Below are positions 37,188 to 47,531 of a stretch of 61,228 bases of DNA, piece after piece. Made by a program: the position numbers and the translations under genes. Position 1 is the stretch's first letter; the number at the start of each line of letters is the position of its first letter. Under the pieces are notes generated by a model. It did no database searches, had not been told where the DNA came from, and saw only the letters and a list, made by a program, of their open reading frames with translations. The stretch is from Phycisphaerae bacterium (lineage in GTDB: Bacteria; Planctomycetota; Phycisphaerae; Phycisphaerales; UBA1924), in NCBI GenBank assembly GCA_016795005.1, contig JAEUIV010000085.1:1-61228 (forward strand). The letters are read 5' to 3'.

Positions 37188-37519
37188 GCGGCCTCAGGAT
37201 CGTCAGGGATGGGGCCTCCGTCAACGCGGGAAGGGCCTTTTGGCGGGTCCGGAAGGGGGACAGTTGACGCCGAACGCGGGCCTACTAGACTCCTCTTCGG
37301 AACTTGTCGCCCGTCGAGGGCAGTTTTTGGAAGGTCTGATCCGATGCGTACGGTCACTCAACATGCGCGGTAAGGCGTGCCCAACCCGGCCACGAGGTCT
37401 CGGAGCGAACATTTCCGCTCGGAGCCTCTCCCGCCGGTCCGCCGGCTCCCGACCCCTGAACGCAGGGAGGGAACGGATGGGCTGACCCCCGCTCACCGCG
37501 AGGCCCGTCGATCATCGGA

Positions 37520-37559
37520 CGGACCACCCCGGATCATCGGGTGGTCCGTTTGGCTTTTT
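37520..37559 (+). terminator. Intrinsic terminator-like hairpin in the nusA leader
   Basis: A perfect 10-bp stem (CGGACCACCC 37520-37529 pairs with GGGTGGTCCG 37539-37548) has a 9-nt loop and is followed by TTTGGCTTTTT. It ends 90 nt upstream of the nusA ATG. Confidence 0.6.
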
Positions 37560-37648
37560 GGAACTCGGAGAAGATTCGGAATCGAACGACCATCCAGCAC
37601 CCTCTTGCTCATCGGAAAACCAGACATCCAGACATATCGGAGAAGAAC

Positions 37649-39016
37649 ATGAACGGCCCTGAAATGATCCGCATCGTCGACAGCATCGCCCGCGATCGAA
37701 ACATCGATCGGGAGCAGTTGTTCACCGACCTCGAGCTGGCGATGGTGTCGGCCGCCCGGAAGTTTTACAACACGCTCGACGCCGAGGAGTTCACGTGCAA
37801 GATCGACCGGGCGACGGGCGCGGTCCAGATGTATCGCCACGGCGAGCCGCTGGAGATCCCGCCGGCACAGTTCGGCCGGATCGCCGCGCAGACGTGCAAG
37901 CAGGTGATGATCCAGAAGTTCCGCGAGGATGAGCGTGCCAGTCTCTATGAGACGTTCAGCGGGCGGGTGGGAGAGATCGTCACCGCCGTCGCTCAGCGCT
38001 ACGAGGGCGGTTCGCTGGTCTGCAGCGTGGAGCGGGCGGAGGCGTTCATGCCTCGCTCGGAGCAGATTCCCGGCGAACAGTTCCACCCCGGCGACCGGAT
38101 CCGCTGCCTGATCCTCGACGTCCGCGACGTGGGCAGCCAGATCAAGATCGTGCTCAGCCGGGCGCACCCGGACTTCATCAAGAGGCTGTTCGAGGTGGAA
38201 GTGCCGGAAGTTGCCGAGCGCGTGATCGAGATCAAGGCGATGGCGCGCGAGGCCGGGTATCGCACGAAGCTGGCGGTGTCCAGCGTGGATTCGAAGGTGG
38301 ACGCGGTCGGTGCGTGCGTCGGCGTGCGCGGGAGCCGCATCAAGAACATCGTCGATGAACTCAACGGCGAGAAGATCGACATCGTGCGATGGAACGAATC
38401 GAGCCAGATTCTCATCCAGAACGCGCTCAAGCCGGCCGAGGTCGTCGAGATCTCGCTCTGCTTCGAGCTCGGGCGCGGAACGGTCGTTGTGAACGACGAC
38501 CAGTTGTCGCTCGCGATCGGCAAGCGTGGGCAGAATGTTCGGCTCGCCGCCCGGCTGACCGGGTGGGACGTTGACATCCTGACCCCCGAGGAGTTCAACA
38601 AGGGCCTCGAGATCATGGCCGAGACGCTGAAAGAGATCGAGGGCGTGACGGAGGAAAAACTGGACCGGCTGGCCGCGCTGGGCATGATCTCCGTGTTCGA
38701 CATCGAAGAGGTCGGCGCCGAGGTTCTGCAGCAGGAACTCGAGATCAGTCCCGAGACAGCGGCCGAGATGGTGGCGAAGGCCTCCGTCCGAGCGAAGGAA
38801 GTCGCCGAGCAGCAGGCGAAGGACAAGATCGAAGCCGAGAAGCGTCGCGCCGAGGAAGCGGAGGCCGGCCGCCGACTCCTCAGCGGTGAGGGGCTGCCCG
38901 CGGATGAATCGTCCACGGTGGACGTGACGCCTGACGACGACGCGCGCGCGGCGGACATCCTCGGCGGATTCACTCCCGCCCCCGAGGCCCCCTCGGAGTC
39001 TCAGCCCACCTCCTGA
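37649..39016 (+). CDS. nusA: Transcription termination/antitermination factor NusA
   Basis: MNGPEMIRIVDSIARDRNIDREQLF is a typical NusA N-terminus. It has S1 and tandem KH regions (GACVGVRGSRIKNIVDELNGEKIDIVRW) and an acidic C-terminus. Confidence 0.9.
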   Translation: MNGPEMIRIVDSIARDRNIDREQLFTDLELAMVSAARKFYNTLDAEEFTCKIDRATGAVQMYRHGEPLEIPPAQFGRIAAQTCKQVMIQKFREDERASLYETFSGRVGEIVTAVAQRYEGGSLVCSVERAEAFMPRSEQIPGEQFHPGDRIRCLILDVRDVGSQIKIVLSRAHPDFIKRLFEVEVPEVAERVIEIKAMAREAGYRTKLAVSSVDSKVDAVGACVGVRGSRIKNIVDELNGEKIDIVRWNESSQILIQNALKPAEVVEISLCFELGRGTVVVNDDQLSLAIGKRGQNVRLAARLTGWDVDILTPEEFNKGLEIMAETLKEIEGVTEEKLDRLAALGMISVFDIEEVGAEVLQQELEISPETAAEMVAKASVRAKEVAEQQAKDKIEAEKRRAEEAEAGRRLLSGEGLPADESSTVDVTPDDDARAADILGGFTPAPEAPSESQPTS

Positions 39017-39097
39017 CCAAGCCCAGCGCAGCCGCCCGCGTGCGCGGGCGTCTGCTGAATCATCTGACCGAACGAGTCTGACCCGACGGAGCAACAC

Positions 39098-41992
39098 TTG
39101 GCGACCACGACGAAGCAGAAACGAATCCACATGCTGGCGAAGGAACTTGGAGTCGAATCCAAGGTCATCGTGGCCAAGTGCCAGGCGGAGGGCATCCCCG
39201 GCATCAAGGATCACCTTTCGCCGGTGTCCGTCGGCCTCGAAGCGACGATCCGCGAGTGGTTCACCGCGACGGAGGACGCGCCGCATAACGCGGTCGAGAC
39301 CGCCGGCAAGATCGACCTGGAACAGGCGCGTTCATCGCCGCGTGCTCGGGCGAAGGCGAAGACGAAGAGCGCCAAGAGCGATGGCGAAGCGGTTCAGACT
39401 GCATCCGAGTCGGCGGTGGGCGCGATCGCGCCTCCGCCGCCGAAGCCCGTTGAGGTCCACACTCCGCCACCGCCAACTGAACGGCACCCGCCCGCCGCGA
39501 CCCCGACGGTTCGCGCCGAGCCGGTGTCCACCCCGACCCCCACGGCGCCGCCCGCTTCGGTCCTTTCTCCGGCCGCTTCGGCGACCGCTGCGCCGGTTAC
39601 TGAGGTTCCCGCGGCGCCAAAGATTGCCAAGCCTCACGTTCGGCCGCCGACCGAGCCGCCGGCGCCTCCGTCCGCGCCGACCGGCCCGATGCACGGGCCG
39701 GGCCACGGTCATGGTGGTCGCCCGCCTTCGAGCTTCACGCCGAGGATGAATGTTCCCGACCGCCCGAAGACCGTCTCCCCGGTCGGCCAGAAAGTCGGCG
39801 TGCTGACCCCGGCGAAACTCTCCGGACCCAAGGTGGTCCGGGTCGAGGCTCCCGAGGTGATCGAGGCCCCCAGGCCTCGACGGCCGATGGGTGAGACGGG
39901 CCTGCCGATGAATCGCGGCCCGCGCGGCGGGACGGGAGTCGGCGGCCCTGGCACCAGCGCCGTCGGCGGTGAGGACGATTCCAAGAACAAGGGACGCAAT
40001 AAGCGCCGCGGCGGACCCGAAACGGCCACGGCTCGAACGGCCCCGCGCCGTTCCGCCAAGGCGGACGTCGGCACGACGGACTGGAGCGCGCAGGACCTCG
40101 CGGAGCGCGAGGCTCGGCTGAATCGTTCGGAGGGATTCCTCCGTCAGCGCCGCCGCGACCAGAAGATGAAGGATCAGACGCACAAGGGGCACGCCGCCTC
40201 GCTCGCGCAGGTCGGCGGCAAGGTGGCGATCAGCGCGCCCTTCACGATCAAGGATCTTTCCGCGGCGACGGGTGTGAAGTCCGCCGAGGTGGTGAAGAAG
40301 CTCTTCCTCAAGGGGATCATCGCCACGCCGAACTCGGGCATCGACATCGAGCAGGCGCAGGAGATCATGATCGACTACAACATCGAGCTCGAGGTGGTGC
40401 AGGCGCAGTCCGCCGAGGACGCGGTGATCGAACAGTTCGCCTCGCGCGAGGCGATCGACCTCCGTCCGAGGCCGCCGGTGGTCACGATCCTGGGGCACGT
40501 CGACCACGGGAAGACCAGTCTCCTGGACCGGATCCGCAACACCAAGATCGCGGCGGGCGAAGCGGGCGGCATCACGCAGTCCACCCGTGCTTTCCGGGCG
40601 GGCGTCACGGTCGAGGGCGAAGAGAAGGTCATCACGTTCCTCGACACGCCGGGGCACGAGGCGTTTTCCGAGATGCGTTCCCGCGGCGCCAACATGACGG
40701 ACATCGTGGTGCTCGTGGTCTCGGCGGTTGACGGCGTGATGCCCCAGACCATCGAGTCGATCAAGCACGCCCAGGCCGCGAAGGTCCCGGTGGTCGTGGC
40801 GCTGAACAAGATCGATGTCCCCGGGATCACGGACTCGCAGATCCAGCAGATCTACGGCAAACTCGCGGAGCACAACCTCTCCCCCGTCGAGTGGGGAGGC
40901 CAGACCGAGGTGGTGCGCACGAGCGCGCTCACGGGCCTGGGCATCGACACGCTGCTCACGACGCTCGACCTGCAGGCGCAGTTGCTCGACCTGAAGGCCG
41001 ACTACAAGGGGGCCGCGCGCGGGACGGTGATCGAGGCGAAGATGGAAGAAGGGCGCGGCGCCACGGCGCAACTTCTTGTACAGAACGGCGAGCTCGAAGT
41101 CGGCGACATCATCGTGGCCGGGCGGTCCCACGGACGCATCCGCGACATCACCGACGACAAGGGCAAGCGGATCCAGAAGGCCGGCCCCTCCACCCCGGTG
41201 CTCATCAGCGGTCTCGACGTGCTCCCCGACGCCGGCGACCGGTTCTTTGTTGTTGACAACCTGCGCAAAGCGCAGGAAGCCTCCGAGCAGCGTCAGATGG
41301 AGGAGCGTCAGCGCGAGCTCGCGACGCCGAAGCTCACGCTCGACACCATGTTCGCCGCGATGAAGGAGAAGGAGATCTCCGAGCTGCTGCTCGTCATCAA
41401 GGCCGACGTGCAAGGCTCGGTGGATGTCATCAAGAACGCGGTTGAGAAAGTTTCGACGGACGAGGTCAAGGTCCGCGTGCTGTACGCGGCGGCGGGCGGT
41501 ATCACCGAGAGTGATGTCAATCTCGCGGCGGCGTCGGGCGCGGTCATCATGGGCTTCAACGTCATCGCGAATGCGAAGGCGCGGCAGGCCGCCGAGGCGA
41601 AGCGCGTCGAGATCCGTTCCTACCAGGTCATCTACGACATCATTGACGAGGTGAAGAAGGCCGCCGAGGGCATGCTCGAGCCGGAGATCAAGCTCGAAGT
41701 GATCGGGCACGCCGAGGTCCGGCAGGTGTTCAAGGTTTCGAGGGTCGGCACCATCGCCGGCTGCTATGTCACCGACGGCGTGATCGAGCGCAACGCGCTG
41801 ATCCGTGTGACGCGCGACGGGATCGTCATCGAGAACGACCGCGTGCTCGAACAACTCAAGCGCTTCAAGGATGATGCGAAGGAAGTTAAGGCCAACATGG
41901 AGTGCGGCATGAAGATCGTCGGCTACGACGACATCAAGGAGGGTGACGTGCTCGAGTGCTACAAGAAGACGGAGGTCAAGCGGTCGCTCTAG
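39098..41992 (+). CDS. infB: Translation initiation factor IF-2
   Basis: The N-terminus is [12 protein letters not shown], followed by a long P/A-rich linker. The G-domain motifs are [20 protein letters not shown] and NKID. The ORF-track start at 39098 is TTG, with an in-frame ATG at 39131. Confidence 0.9.
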   Translation: MATTTKQKRIHMLAKELGVESKVIVAKCQAEGIPGIKDHLSPVSVGLEATIREWFTATEDAPHNAVETAGKIDLEQARSSPRARAKAKTKSAKSDGEAVQTASESAVGAIAPPPPKPVEVHTPPPPTERHPPAATPTVRAEPVSTPTPTAPPASVLSPAASATAAPVTEVPAAPKIAKPHVRPPTEPPAPPSAPTGPMHGPGHGHGGRPPSSFTPRMNVPDRPKTVSPVGQKVGVLTPAKLSGPKVVRVEAPEVIEAPRPRRPMGETGLPMNRGPRGGTGVGGPGTSAVGGEDDSKNKGRNKRRGGPETATARTAPRRSAKADVGTTDWSAQDLAEREARLNRSEGFLRQRRRDQKMKDQTHKGHAASLAQVGGKVAISAPFTIKDLSAATGVKSAEVVKKLFLKGIIATPNSGIDIEQAQEIMIDYNIELEVVQAQSAEDAVIEQFASREAIDLRPRPPVVTILGHVDHGKTSLLDRIRNTKIAAGEAGGITQSTRAFRAGVTVEGEEKVITFLDTPGHEAFSEMRSRGANMTDIVVLVVSAVDGVMPQTIESIKHAQAAKVPVVVALNKIDVPGITDSQIQQIYGKLAEHNLSPVEWGGQTEVVRTSALTGLGIDTLLTTLDLQAQLLDLKADYKGAARGTVIEAKMEEGRGATAQLLVQNGELEVGDIIVAGRSHGRIRDITDDKGKRIQKAGPSTPVLISGLDVLPDAGDRFFVVDNLRKAQEASEQRQMEERQRELATPKLTLDTMFAAMKEKEISELLLVIKADVQGSVDVIKNAVEKVSTDEVKVRVLYAAAGGITESDVNLAAASGAVIMGFNVIANAKARQAAEAKRVEIRSYQVIYDIIDEVKKAAEGMLEPEIKLEVIGHAEVRQVFKVSRVGTIAGCYVTDGVIERNALIRVTRDGIVIENDRVLEQLKRFKDDAKEVKANMECGMKIVGYDDIKEGDVLECYKKTEVKRSL

Positions 41993-42073
41993 TCGTGCCC
42001 TCGCCGCGGACACCCGGTCCGCGGCGCCGTGTTCGAACGTCGTCCGCGTTTCATCGGATTGCGGGTTGTCCTG

Positions 42074-42472
42074 ATGGTCATCGGCGTGCTCCAGTTTGAA
42101 CTCACCATCCCCCACAGCCAGTCCCTCAAGGACAAGCGGCGCGTGGTCAAGTCCCTGAAGGACCGGCTGCACCGTGAGCACATGGTGTCGATCGCGGAGA
42201 TCAGCGCGCTGGACGAGCATCGGACCGCGGTGATGGCGCTCACGCTCGTCTCCAACTCGGCCCCGCATGCTTCCGAGACGCTCGATCGAGTCATCGAGAA
42301 GCTTCGATCGATCCCCGAAGCGCGGCTCGGCTCCGTCACGCGCGAGTTGATCCACGAGAGCGAACTCGACTGGCACGAAGCGGAACACCCCGAGGCCGCG
42401 GCGGAGTGGGACCGCGAAGTCGGGCGGATGGCGGCCGAAGCCGAGCGCGCCCTGCGTGAGGTGGACCCATGA
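42074..42472 (+). CDS. DUF503 (YlxP-like) protein
   Basis: MVIGVLQFELTIPHSQSLKDKRRVVKSLKDRL is the typical DUF503 N-terminus. It occupies the conserved position between infB and rbfA. Its stop overlaps the rbfA start (ATGA). Confidence 0.85.
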   Translation: MVIGVLQFELTIPHSQSLKDKRRVVKSLKDRLHREHMVSIAEISALDEHRTAVMALTLVSNSAPHASETLDRVIEKLRSIPEARLGSVTRELIHESELDWHEAEHPEAAAEWDREVGRMAAEAERALREVDP

Positions 42473-42876
42473 GCCGTCGAACCGAGCAACTCGCGTCCAT
42501 CCTGCACCAGGCGGTGCAGAGCGTGCTCCAGGAGGGGCTGTCCGATCCGCGCGCGGTCGGGATGGCCACGATCACCGGCGTGAAAGTCACCGACGACCTG
42601 TCCGAGGCGGTCCTGAGCATCTCAATTTTTCCCGAGAAGAACGAGAAACTCTTCATGCACGCGCTGGAAGACGCCTCGAACTACATCCGGCGCGAGGCGT
42701 CGGAGAAGATCTCGATGCACCGCCCCCCCCGGCTGATCTTCAAACTGGACCGGAGCGCCAAGCGTCAGGCCGCGCTCCTCTCCGCGCTTCAGGAAATAGC
42801 GCAGGAACGCCCGCCCGGCGATCCGGAAACTCCCCCCGCTTCCCCCGATGCCTCCTCGAAGGAACCCACCCCGTGA
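42469..42876 (+). CDS. rbfA: Ribosome-binding factor A
   Basis: 135 aa. RTEQLASILHQAVQSVLQEGLSDPR ... ITGVKVTDDLSEAVL is the RbfA KH-like pattern. Confidence 0.9.
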   Translation: MSRRTEQLASILHQAVQSVLQEGLSDPRAVGMATITGVKVTDDLSEAVLSISIFPEKNEKLFMHALEDASNYIRREASEKISMHRPPRLIFKLDRSAKRQAALLSALQEIAQERPPGDPETPPASPDASSKEPTP

Positions 42877-43595
42877 CGACCGCCTCCGTTGATCATGCCA
42901 AGGCGCTGAACGCGCTGCTCCGCTCGTTGAAATCGAAGTACGCCCCCGAGGGTGAACTGCCTCAGCGCACGCCGCTGGAGGAGATGATCTATTCGTATCT
43001 CCTGTGGGAAGCGCCGATCGCGAAGGCCGACGCGGCGTATCGCCGGCTCATGAACCACGTGGTGGACGTGAACGAGCTGCGCGTCTGCCGACCGCCGGAG
43101 ATCATCGCGTCCATCGGAAAGACCTATCCGCTCGCGGAAGAGCGCGCCATGCGGCTGAAGGCGTCGCTGCACGAGATCTATCTCCGCGAGTTCGCCGTTT
43201 CGCTGGACAAGTGCGCCTCGCTGAGCAAGCGCGACGCGCGACGCTACCTCGACACCCTGGAGGGGATGCCTCCGTTCGTTGCAGCCCGCGTGGTGCTGCT
43301 CCGCCTCGGCGGCCATGCGATCCCGGTCGACAACAACCTGCTCATCCGGCTCATCGCCAAGGGCGTGGTCGAGCCGGACTACGACTGCTCGCGTGCCGAG
43401 GGGGTTCTCGAACGCCACGTCAAGGCGGACGATGGAATTCAAGTCCACCTGACGCTCCTCAACTGGGCGGATGACCCCGCGACCGAGCCGAAAAAGCAGA
43501 AAGTCACTCGAAAGACCGAAGAGCCGGCCGACCCCCCCGCCGCAAAACCCACGGTCAAGTCCGGCACCACCAAGCGCGTCAAGGCCAAGGCGTGA
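42873..43595 (+). CDS. HhH-GPD (endonuclease III-like) fold protein, apparently non-catalytic, with Lys-rich tail
   Basis: The GTG start overlaps the rbfA stop (GTGA). LDTLEGMPPFVAARVVLLRLGGHAIPVDNNLLIRL aligns with the EndoIII L-P-G-V-G-x-K-T-A ... V-D-T-H region, but the Lys is absent and there is no C-terminal 4-Cys cluster. The tail is KKQKVTRKTEEPADPPAAKPTVKSGTTKRVKAKA. Confidence 0.55.
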   Translation: MTTASVDHAKALNALLRSLKSKYAPEGELPQRTPLEEMIYSYLLWEAPIAKADAAYRRLMNHVVDVNELRVCRPPEIIASIGKTYPLAEERAMRLKASLHEIYLREFAVSLDKCASLSKRDARRYLDTLEGMPPFVAARVVLLRLGGHAIPVDNNLLIRLIAKGVVEPDYDCSRAEGVLERHVKADDGIQVHLTLLNWADDPATEPKKQKVTRKTEEPADPPAAKPTVKSGTTKRVKAKA

Positions 43596-43715
43596 TGACC
43601 GCGGCGTCGTGCGGCAACGCGACGCCCCGTTTCCCGGTTGAATGTAGGGCCGCGCATAGGCCGGTCCGAATGCCGATCGGCGCATGTTCGAAATCGGAAT
43701 GTTCACAGGCATCCC

Positions 43716-46700
43716 ATGAGACCCACCGCACCGATCAACCACCATTTCTTCCTGGACCTTCGGCTTCGAGTCGCTTGGGTCTCGCTCCTGGCCGTCACCT
43801 GGACGCCGATCGCACTCTTTCTCACGGCGGGCTGCGCGCAGGAGCGCTCGGTCGCGGCGGCGTCCAGCCAGGGTGAATCCACGGAGCGCCGCGCGGAAGC
43901 GCCTCTGCACAAGACCTCCGCCCGGCAGCAGCGCTCGCCCGATCAACGAGCCTTGCGGGCGCCGATCCCGCCCGGGCTTCCCGCCGAGTTGGGCGAGCCT
44001 TTTGCCAACGACGAACTCGAACGGGCGAAGATGAGCCTCACGAGCACGCTTGCGGCGATCCGCGCGGCCGCTCCGTCCGCCCCCTCACCCCCGCCCTCGG
44101 CTCCGGCGCGTGAACTGACCGAGGCGGACCGACTCGACGCCGCGCGCGGATACGTCATCGGCCGAGCGCAGCACCTGGCGGGCGATCATGCACTCGCCGA
44201 GGCCAGTCTCAAGCAAGCGGCGCGGATCGACCCGGACTCTCCCGAGATCTGGAGGGAACTCGCCGAAACGCAGGCGGACCTTGGCAACCGATCCGCGGCG
44301 ATGAGCGCCTTCAAGCGCACCCTCTCCCTCGCTCCCGACGACATCCCGTCGCTCGATGCGCTCAGCCGAGCCGCCCTTGAGCGCGGAGAATGGACTGAAG
44401 CCGCGCTTCTCCTCGACCGGCTGCGCGCGCTCCCCATTGAAGGACATGATCCGGCGCTGCCCTACCTGGTGAGCGCTCGCCTCGGCCGTGCCCTTGCCGG
44501 GCTGGGGTACACCACCGCGTCGTTCGAGGCGATGTCCGAGGCGCTTCACCTGCCGGATTCCTTTGGTGAGACGACGCAGTTCCAATCTGAACTCGGCTTG
44601 CTCTATCGGCAGCGGGGCGACCTGTGGCGTGACGCCGGCGACGGGATGCTCCGTCTCAATGAGTTCGTCAAGGCGGGCTCGTGCTACGAAGAGGCGGCAC
44701 GCTTTGCGCTTTTGAATCCGGCCGCGCTCACGCCGCGCCGAGTCTTCGCCCAGATGCGTCAGGGTCGGTCGGCCGATGCCGCTCTGATCCTTGTCGGCCT
44801 CATGCGCCAGCAGGATGGGCGCGCCGATGAGCAACTGCTGTCGCTTCTGAGGTACGTTTCGACAAACTCCTCCGTCGGGACGGCCGCCGCTGAAACGGTC
44901 GATTCGGTCCAGATCGAACTGAGCGAGGCCGACCGTGCGATTGGCGCGTCGTCGATCGTGCGCGCCAAGGCGGCGTGCCTGGGCGATGCGGAAGCGGTGC
45001 GGCTGCTTGCGCAACAACTCCGGGCGTTTCCGGCCGACGGGGCCACTCTGCGGGACCTGTTCTCCCGGCTTGATCGGAGTCGTCCCGACGTGTTTCTGAA
45101 CGAGATTCTCTCGTTGATCGCTGGGGCGCCCTTGCAGGAGAGCCGTTACGCTCGGGCCGCGCTCGCGGGAGAAAGTGATCCATCCCGTCTTCGGGCGGCG
45201 CTGGACGCGCTGAAGCCTGACCGCGCCGCCAAGCCCGAGGCCAGGCTCTTCCGCGCTCGTCTGCTCGAAGCCGCGGGGGATCACGCCGCGGCGGAGCAGG
45301 AACTTGCCTCCCTGCTTCAATCGTTCCCCGACTACCCCGCGGCGATCATCGCGCGCACCTCGTTGCTGTGGCGCCTCGGGCGGGGCGATGAGGCGCAGGC
45401 GCTCATCTCGACCATCGGCGACACCGCCGAGCCTGCCCTGCGTGAGGCGAAGATCCTTGCGCTGACCGAGATCGGCGACCACGAATCCGCCTCCGCGCTC
45501 ATCACCCCCATGCTCCCGGCGCTCGACCGCGCTCAGAGCACCGATGTCGATCGTCTGCTCCTTGCCGCTCGGCTCCGGCTGCTGAACGGCGAGTTCTCGG
45601 AAGCGGAACGGCTGCTTCGAACCGTGAACCTGGTGGATCCGACGCGCGACGAGGCCTATGGCGTGCTCCTGAACCTGTACTCGCGTTCGGGGCCGCTCGC
45701 GAGCGAGAGCAAGTTGGTCGCCACCATCCGCTCGCTCCGCGAGAACAGCCCGTCGAGTCCCACGCTCCGACTGCTCCGCGCGCAGGAAGCGCTGCAGCGC
45801 GATCAACTCGACATCGCGGAGCGCGACCTTCTTGATCTCTCGGAGGAATCGCCCGCGCGTCCCGGTGTTGTTGAAGCGCTCGTTCGGCTGTGGAGCAACC
45901 TGGGACGCCATGCGCACGCGGAGGAGTGGCTCCGGGAGCAGGCGGAGCGTCGCCCGGACGAATCCATTTTTACGGTCCAGCTAGCGTTGCTGCTCGATGG
46001 ACGCGGCCGGCGCCCGGAAGCGATCGGCGTGCTCGAATCTCGCCTGGCGCGCATGCCGGGCGATGATGCCGCCTCTCGCACGCTCGAAGGCTGGCTCCGC
46101 GAGGATCCCTCGCAGCGCGAGCGGGCCGAGGCGCTCGCCCGCGCGCGGATCGCCCGCTCTCCAAAGACCGTCGATGCGATGATCGAACTCGCGGAGGTGT
46201 CCGCCTCGTCGGGTCGGTACGAGGAAGCCGCGGACGCCGTGCGTCGGGCGGCCTCGGCGCACCGGTCGCTGCGTCCGGACCTGGTGTCCCGTCTCGCGCG
46301 ACTGACGGTGGAGGAATCGATGGATGCCCTGAAGGGCAAAGGCGACATGGCCGCCATGATCGCGCTGTTCCGCGCCGTCTGCGAAGCCGCGCCGAACATC
46401 TCCCCCGGCGTGTACGCCGTCGGCGTCCAACTGCTGGCTCGCAGCGGCGCGCCGGTCGAAGAGATCTATTCCCTGATCGAGGCGGGGGCGAAGGAGCACC
46501 CGGACCATCGAAATGAGTTCTTCGCCGTCGGCTATGACGCGCTGATCCGCACCGGGGCCGCGGATTTTCCCGGCGAGCAGCGTATCGACGATGCACTCCG
46601 GCTCGCGCAGCGCGCCTGCGAGACAACCAAGCCGCCGCCGGTAGTCCTGCACACGGTCTGGGTCTACCAGGTCTGGCTCAACCCCCAGAGCCGCGACTTT

Positions 46701-47495
46701 GCATCACTGGCCCGCGCGGTCGAGATTGCGCGCGACACCAACACGATCGACCCGCTGCTTGAGGAACTGGTCAAGGGGCTGAAGGGGCGTGACGGCCAGA
46801 CTCCCGACATCGGCGACGTGATCTACGAGATGGCCCTCGCGGTGAATCGGCTCGGCGACCGCCGCCCGCTCGTTGAGTGGATGTACCGGACCGCGATCCG
46901 GCACTCTCCCAACCACCTGTGGGCGCACAACAACCTGGGATACAGTCTGCTCGAAGAAGACCGCGAGATCGAAGAGGCGGTCCGGCACATTGAGACGGCG
47001 TACGCCACGATGCTGGCCGATCCGATGATGGACGGCCGCGCACCGATCATCGACTCGATGGGCTGGGCGCGCTACAAGCAGGGCCTTCTGGCGGATGAGG
47101 TCGGACCCGACGGTGCGGTCGTCCGCGAGGGGGCGCTCACCCTCCTGAAGCGTTCGTATGAGCAGGCATCGATCCGCCCTGAGTACGCGGAGGCCATGCC
47201 CGTGATCGTTGATCATTACGCCGACGCGCTGTGGGTCTCCGGTCAGCGTGAAAAGGCGATCGAACTCTGGACCGACGCCGCAACACGGGCGGCGAGCATC
47301 CTGTCGAAGCCGGTGGACGCTCGGCGCGAGCTTTCCGCTTCCATGCGCGCCGAGATCGAGGAAACGGGGGCGAGCGCGCAGTCAAAGGTCTCGGCGGCGA
47401 AGTCGGACACCGAGCCACAGGTCGCGCGAATCCATCGTCTCCCCGAGGCGGGCGCGCCGAAAGCCCCCGGCGGCGCCGACGGTATGATCCAATAA
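43716..47495 (+). CDS. Large TPR-repeat lipoprotein
   Basis: About 1260 aa. ATG at 43716 gives a signal peptide with the lipobox LTAGC. The body consists of many A/L/R-rich TPR-like repeats. Confidence 0.7.
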   Translation: MRPTAPINHHFFLDLRLRVAWVSLLAVTWTPIALFLTAGCAQERSVAAASSQGESTERRAEAPLHKTSARQQRSPDQRALRAPIPPGLPAELGEPFANDELERAKMSLTSTLAAIRAAAPSAPSPPPSAPARELTEADRLDAARGYVIGRAQHLAGDHALAEASLKQAARIDPDSPEIWRELAETQADLGNRSAAMSAFKRTLSLAPDDIPSLDALSRAALERGEWTEAALLLDRLRALPIEGHDPALPYLVSARLGRALAGLGYTTASFEAMSEALHLPDSFGETTQFQSELGLLYRQRGDLWRDAGDGMLRLNEFVKAGSCYEEAARFALLNPAALTPRRVFAQMRQGRSADAALILVGLMRQQDGRADEQLLSLLRYVSTNSSVGTAAAETVDSVQIELSEADRAIGASSIVRAKAACLGDAEAVRLLAQQLRAFPADGATLRDLFSRLDRSRPDVFLNEILSLIAGAPLQESRYARAALAGESDPSRLRAALDALKPDRAAKPEARLFRARLLEAAGDHAAAEQELASLLQSFPDYPAAIIARTSLLWRLGRGDEAQALISTIGDTAEPALREAKILALTEIGDHESASALITPMLPALDRAQSTDVDRLLLAARLRLLNGEFSEAERLLRTVNLVDPTRDEAYGVLLNLYSRSGPLASESKLVATIRSLRENSPSSPTLRLLRAQEALQRDQLDIAERDLLDLSEESPARPGVVEALVRLWSNLGRHAHAEEWLREQAERRPDESIFTVQLALLLDGRGRRPEAIGVLESRLARMPGDDAASRTLEGWLREDPSQRERAEALARARIARSPKTVDAMIELAEVSASSGRYEEAADAVRRAASAHRSLRPDLVSRLARLTVEESMDALKGKGDMAAMIALFRAVCEAAPNISPGVYAVGVQLLARSGAPVEEIYSLIEAGAKEHPDHRNEFFAVGYDALIRTGAADFPGEQRIDDALRLAQRACETTKPPPVVLHTVWVYQVWLNPQSRDFASLARAVEIARDTNTIDPLLEELVKGLKGRDGQTPDIGDVIYEMALAVNRLGDRRPLVEWMYRTAIRHSPNHLWAHNNLGYSLLEEDREIEEAVRHIETAYATMLADPMMDGRAPIIDSMGWARYKQGLLADEVGPDGAVVREGALTLLKRSYEQASIRPEYAEAMPVIVDHYADALWVSGQREKAIELWTDAATRAASILSKPVDARRELSASMRAEIEETGASAQSKVSAAKSDTEPQVARIHRLPEAGAPKAPGGADGMIQ

Positions 47496-47531
47496 TCGAA
47501 TCAGTCCACCGAGCACCGGAGACGACCGCGC

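Noticed and set aside
37240-37275. GGGUCCGGAAGGGGGACAG resembles the SRP RNA helix-8 core (GGUCCGGAAGGAAGCAGC).
   Set aside because: The conserved 3'-side AGCA is missing and I could not build the flanking helix 5/8 pairing by eye. It is too weak to call without a covariance-model scan.
42456-42872. The ORF-track version of the HhH gene starts at 42456 and overlaps all of rbfA in another frame.
   Set aside because: The overlapped part is Arg/Pro/Gly-rich and non-coding-like, whereas rbfA in its own frame is canonical. The GTG at 42873 overlapping the rbfA stop gives a sensible protein.
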